In this document: in pieces, positions 63,901 through 64,000 of the stretch
Layout of the letters: each line of letters opens with the position of its first letter
How positions within the stretch are numbered: position 1 is the first letter of the stretch
DNA from: Haliotis rubra
Lineage: Eukaryota
NCBI RefSeq assembly: GCF_003918875.1
Contig: NW_025766336.1
Span: 2,604,001 to 2,668,000, forward strand
DNA length: 64,000 bases
Direction of reading: 5' to 3'
Program-made: the position numbers and the translations under genes
The notes under the pieces: generated by a model
Databases searched by the model: none
What the model was told of the DNA's origin: nothing
The model's input: the letters and a program-made list of their open reading frames with translations, nothing else

Positions 63901-64000
63901 AATCTTTAATCCTTGCAAAAACACGAGGGCCCGAGTTCTGTAGTGCCTGGGTTTGTTTTTCCCCGATCCCCGTTTTCCCCGTGGGTTTGAGTTCTCCAGG

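Overview
Animal (invertebrate) genomic DNA with six N-gaps. The SINE repertoire looks molluscan, most like abalone (Haliotis); this is from recognition only. There is one confidently identified gene: a Tob (BTG/Tob family) gene on the minus strand, with a single-exon CDS at 13603-14679, a splice acceptor at 14772 and a poly(A) signal at 12934, lying in a ~6.4 kb island with no recognisable transposons. The rest is dominated by transposons: ~20 copies of a tRNA-headed SINE (family A), ~18 copies or fragments of a Meta/MESC-domain SINE with no tRNA head (family B), a V-domain SINE, four Tc1 relics (one with a full DD34E ORF broken by a single stop), four Academ-like MITEs (9-bp TSDs), several palindromic MITEs, hAT and L1-like relics, and three minisatellites. 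The most interesting signal is the 5' ~67 nt of family B. Many copies start at the same base, and this segment folds into a four-way junction with a kissing loop, supported by compensatory changes between copies in this window. It is a candidate functional structured RNA (ribozyme or RT/promoter module), and the same module is amplified ~17-fold as a satellite at 30600-31458. No prokaryotic-type system (CRISPR, operon) is present.
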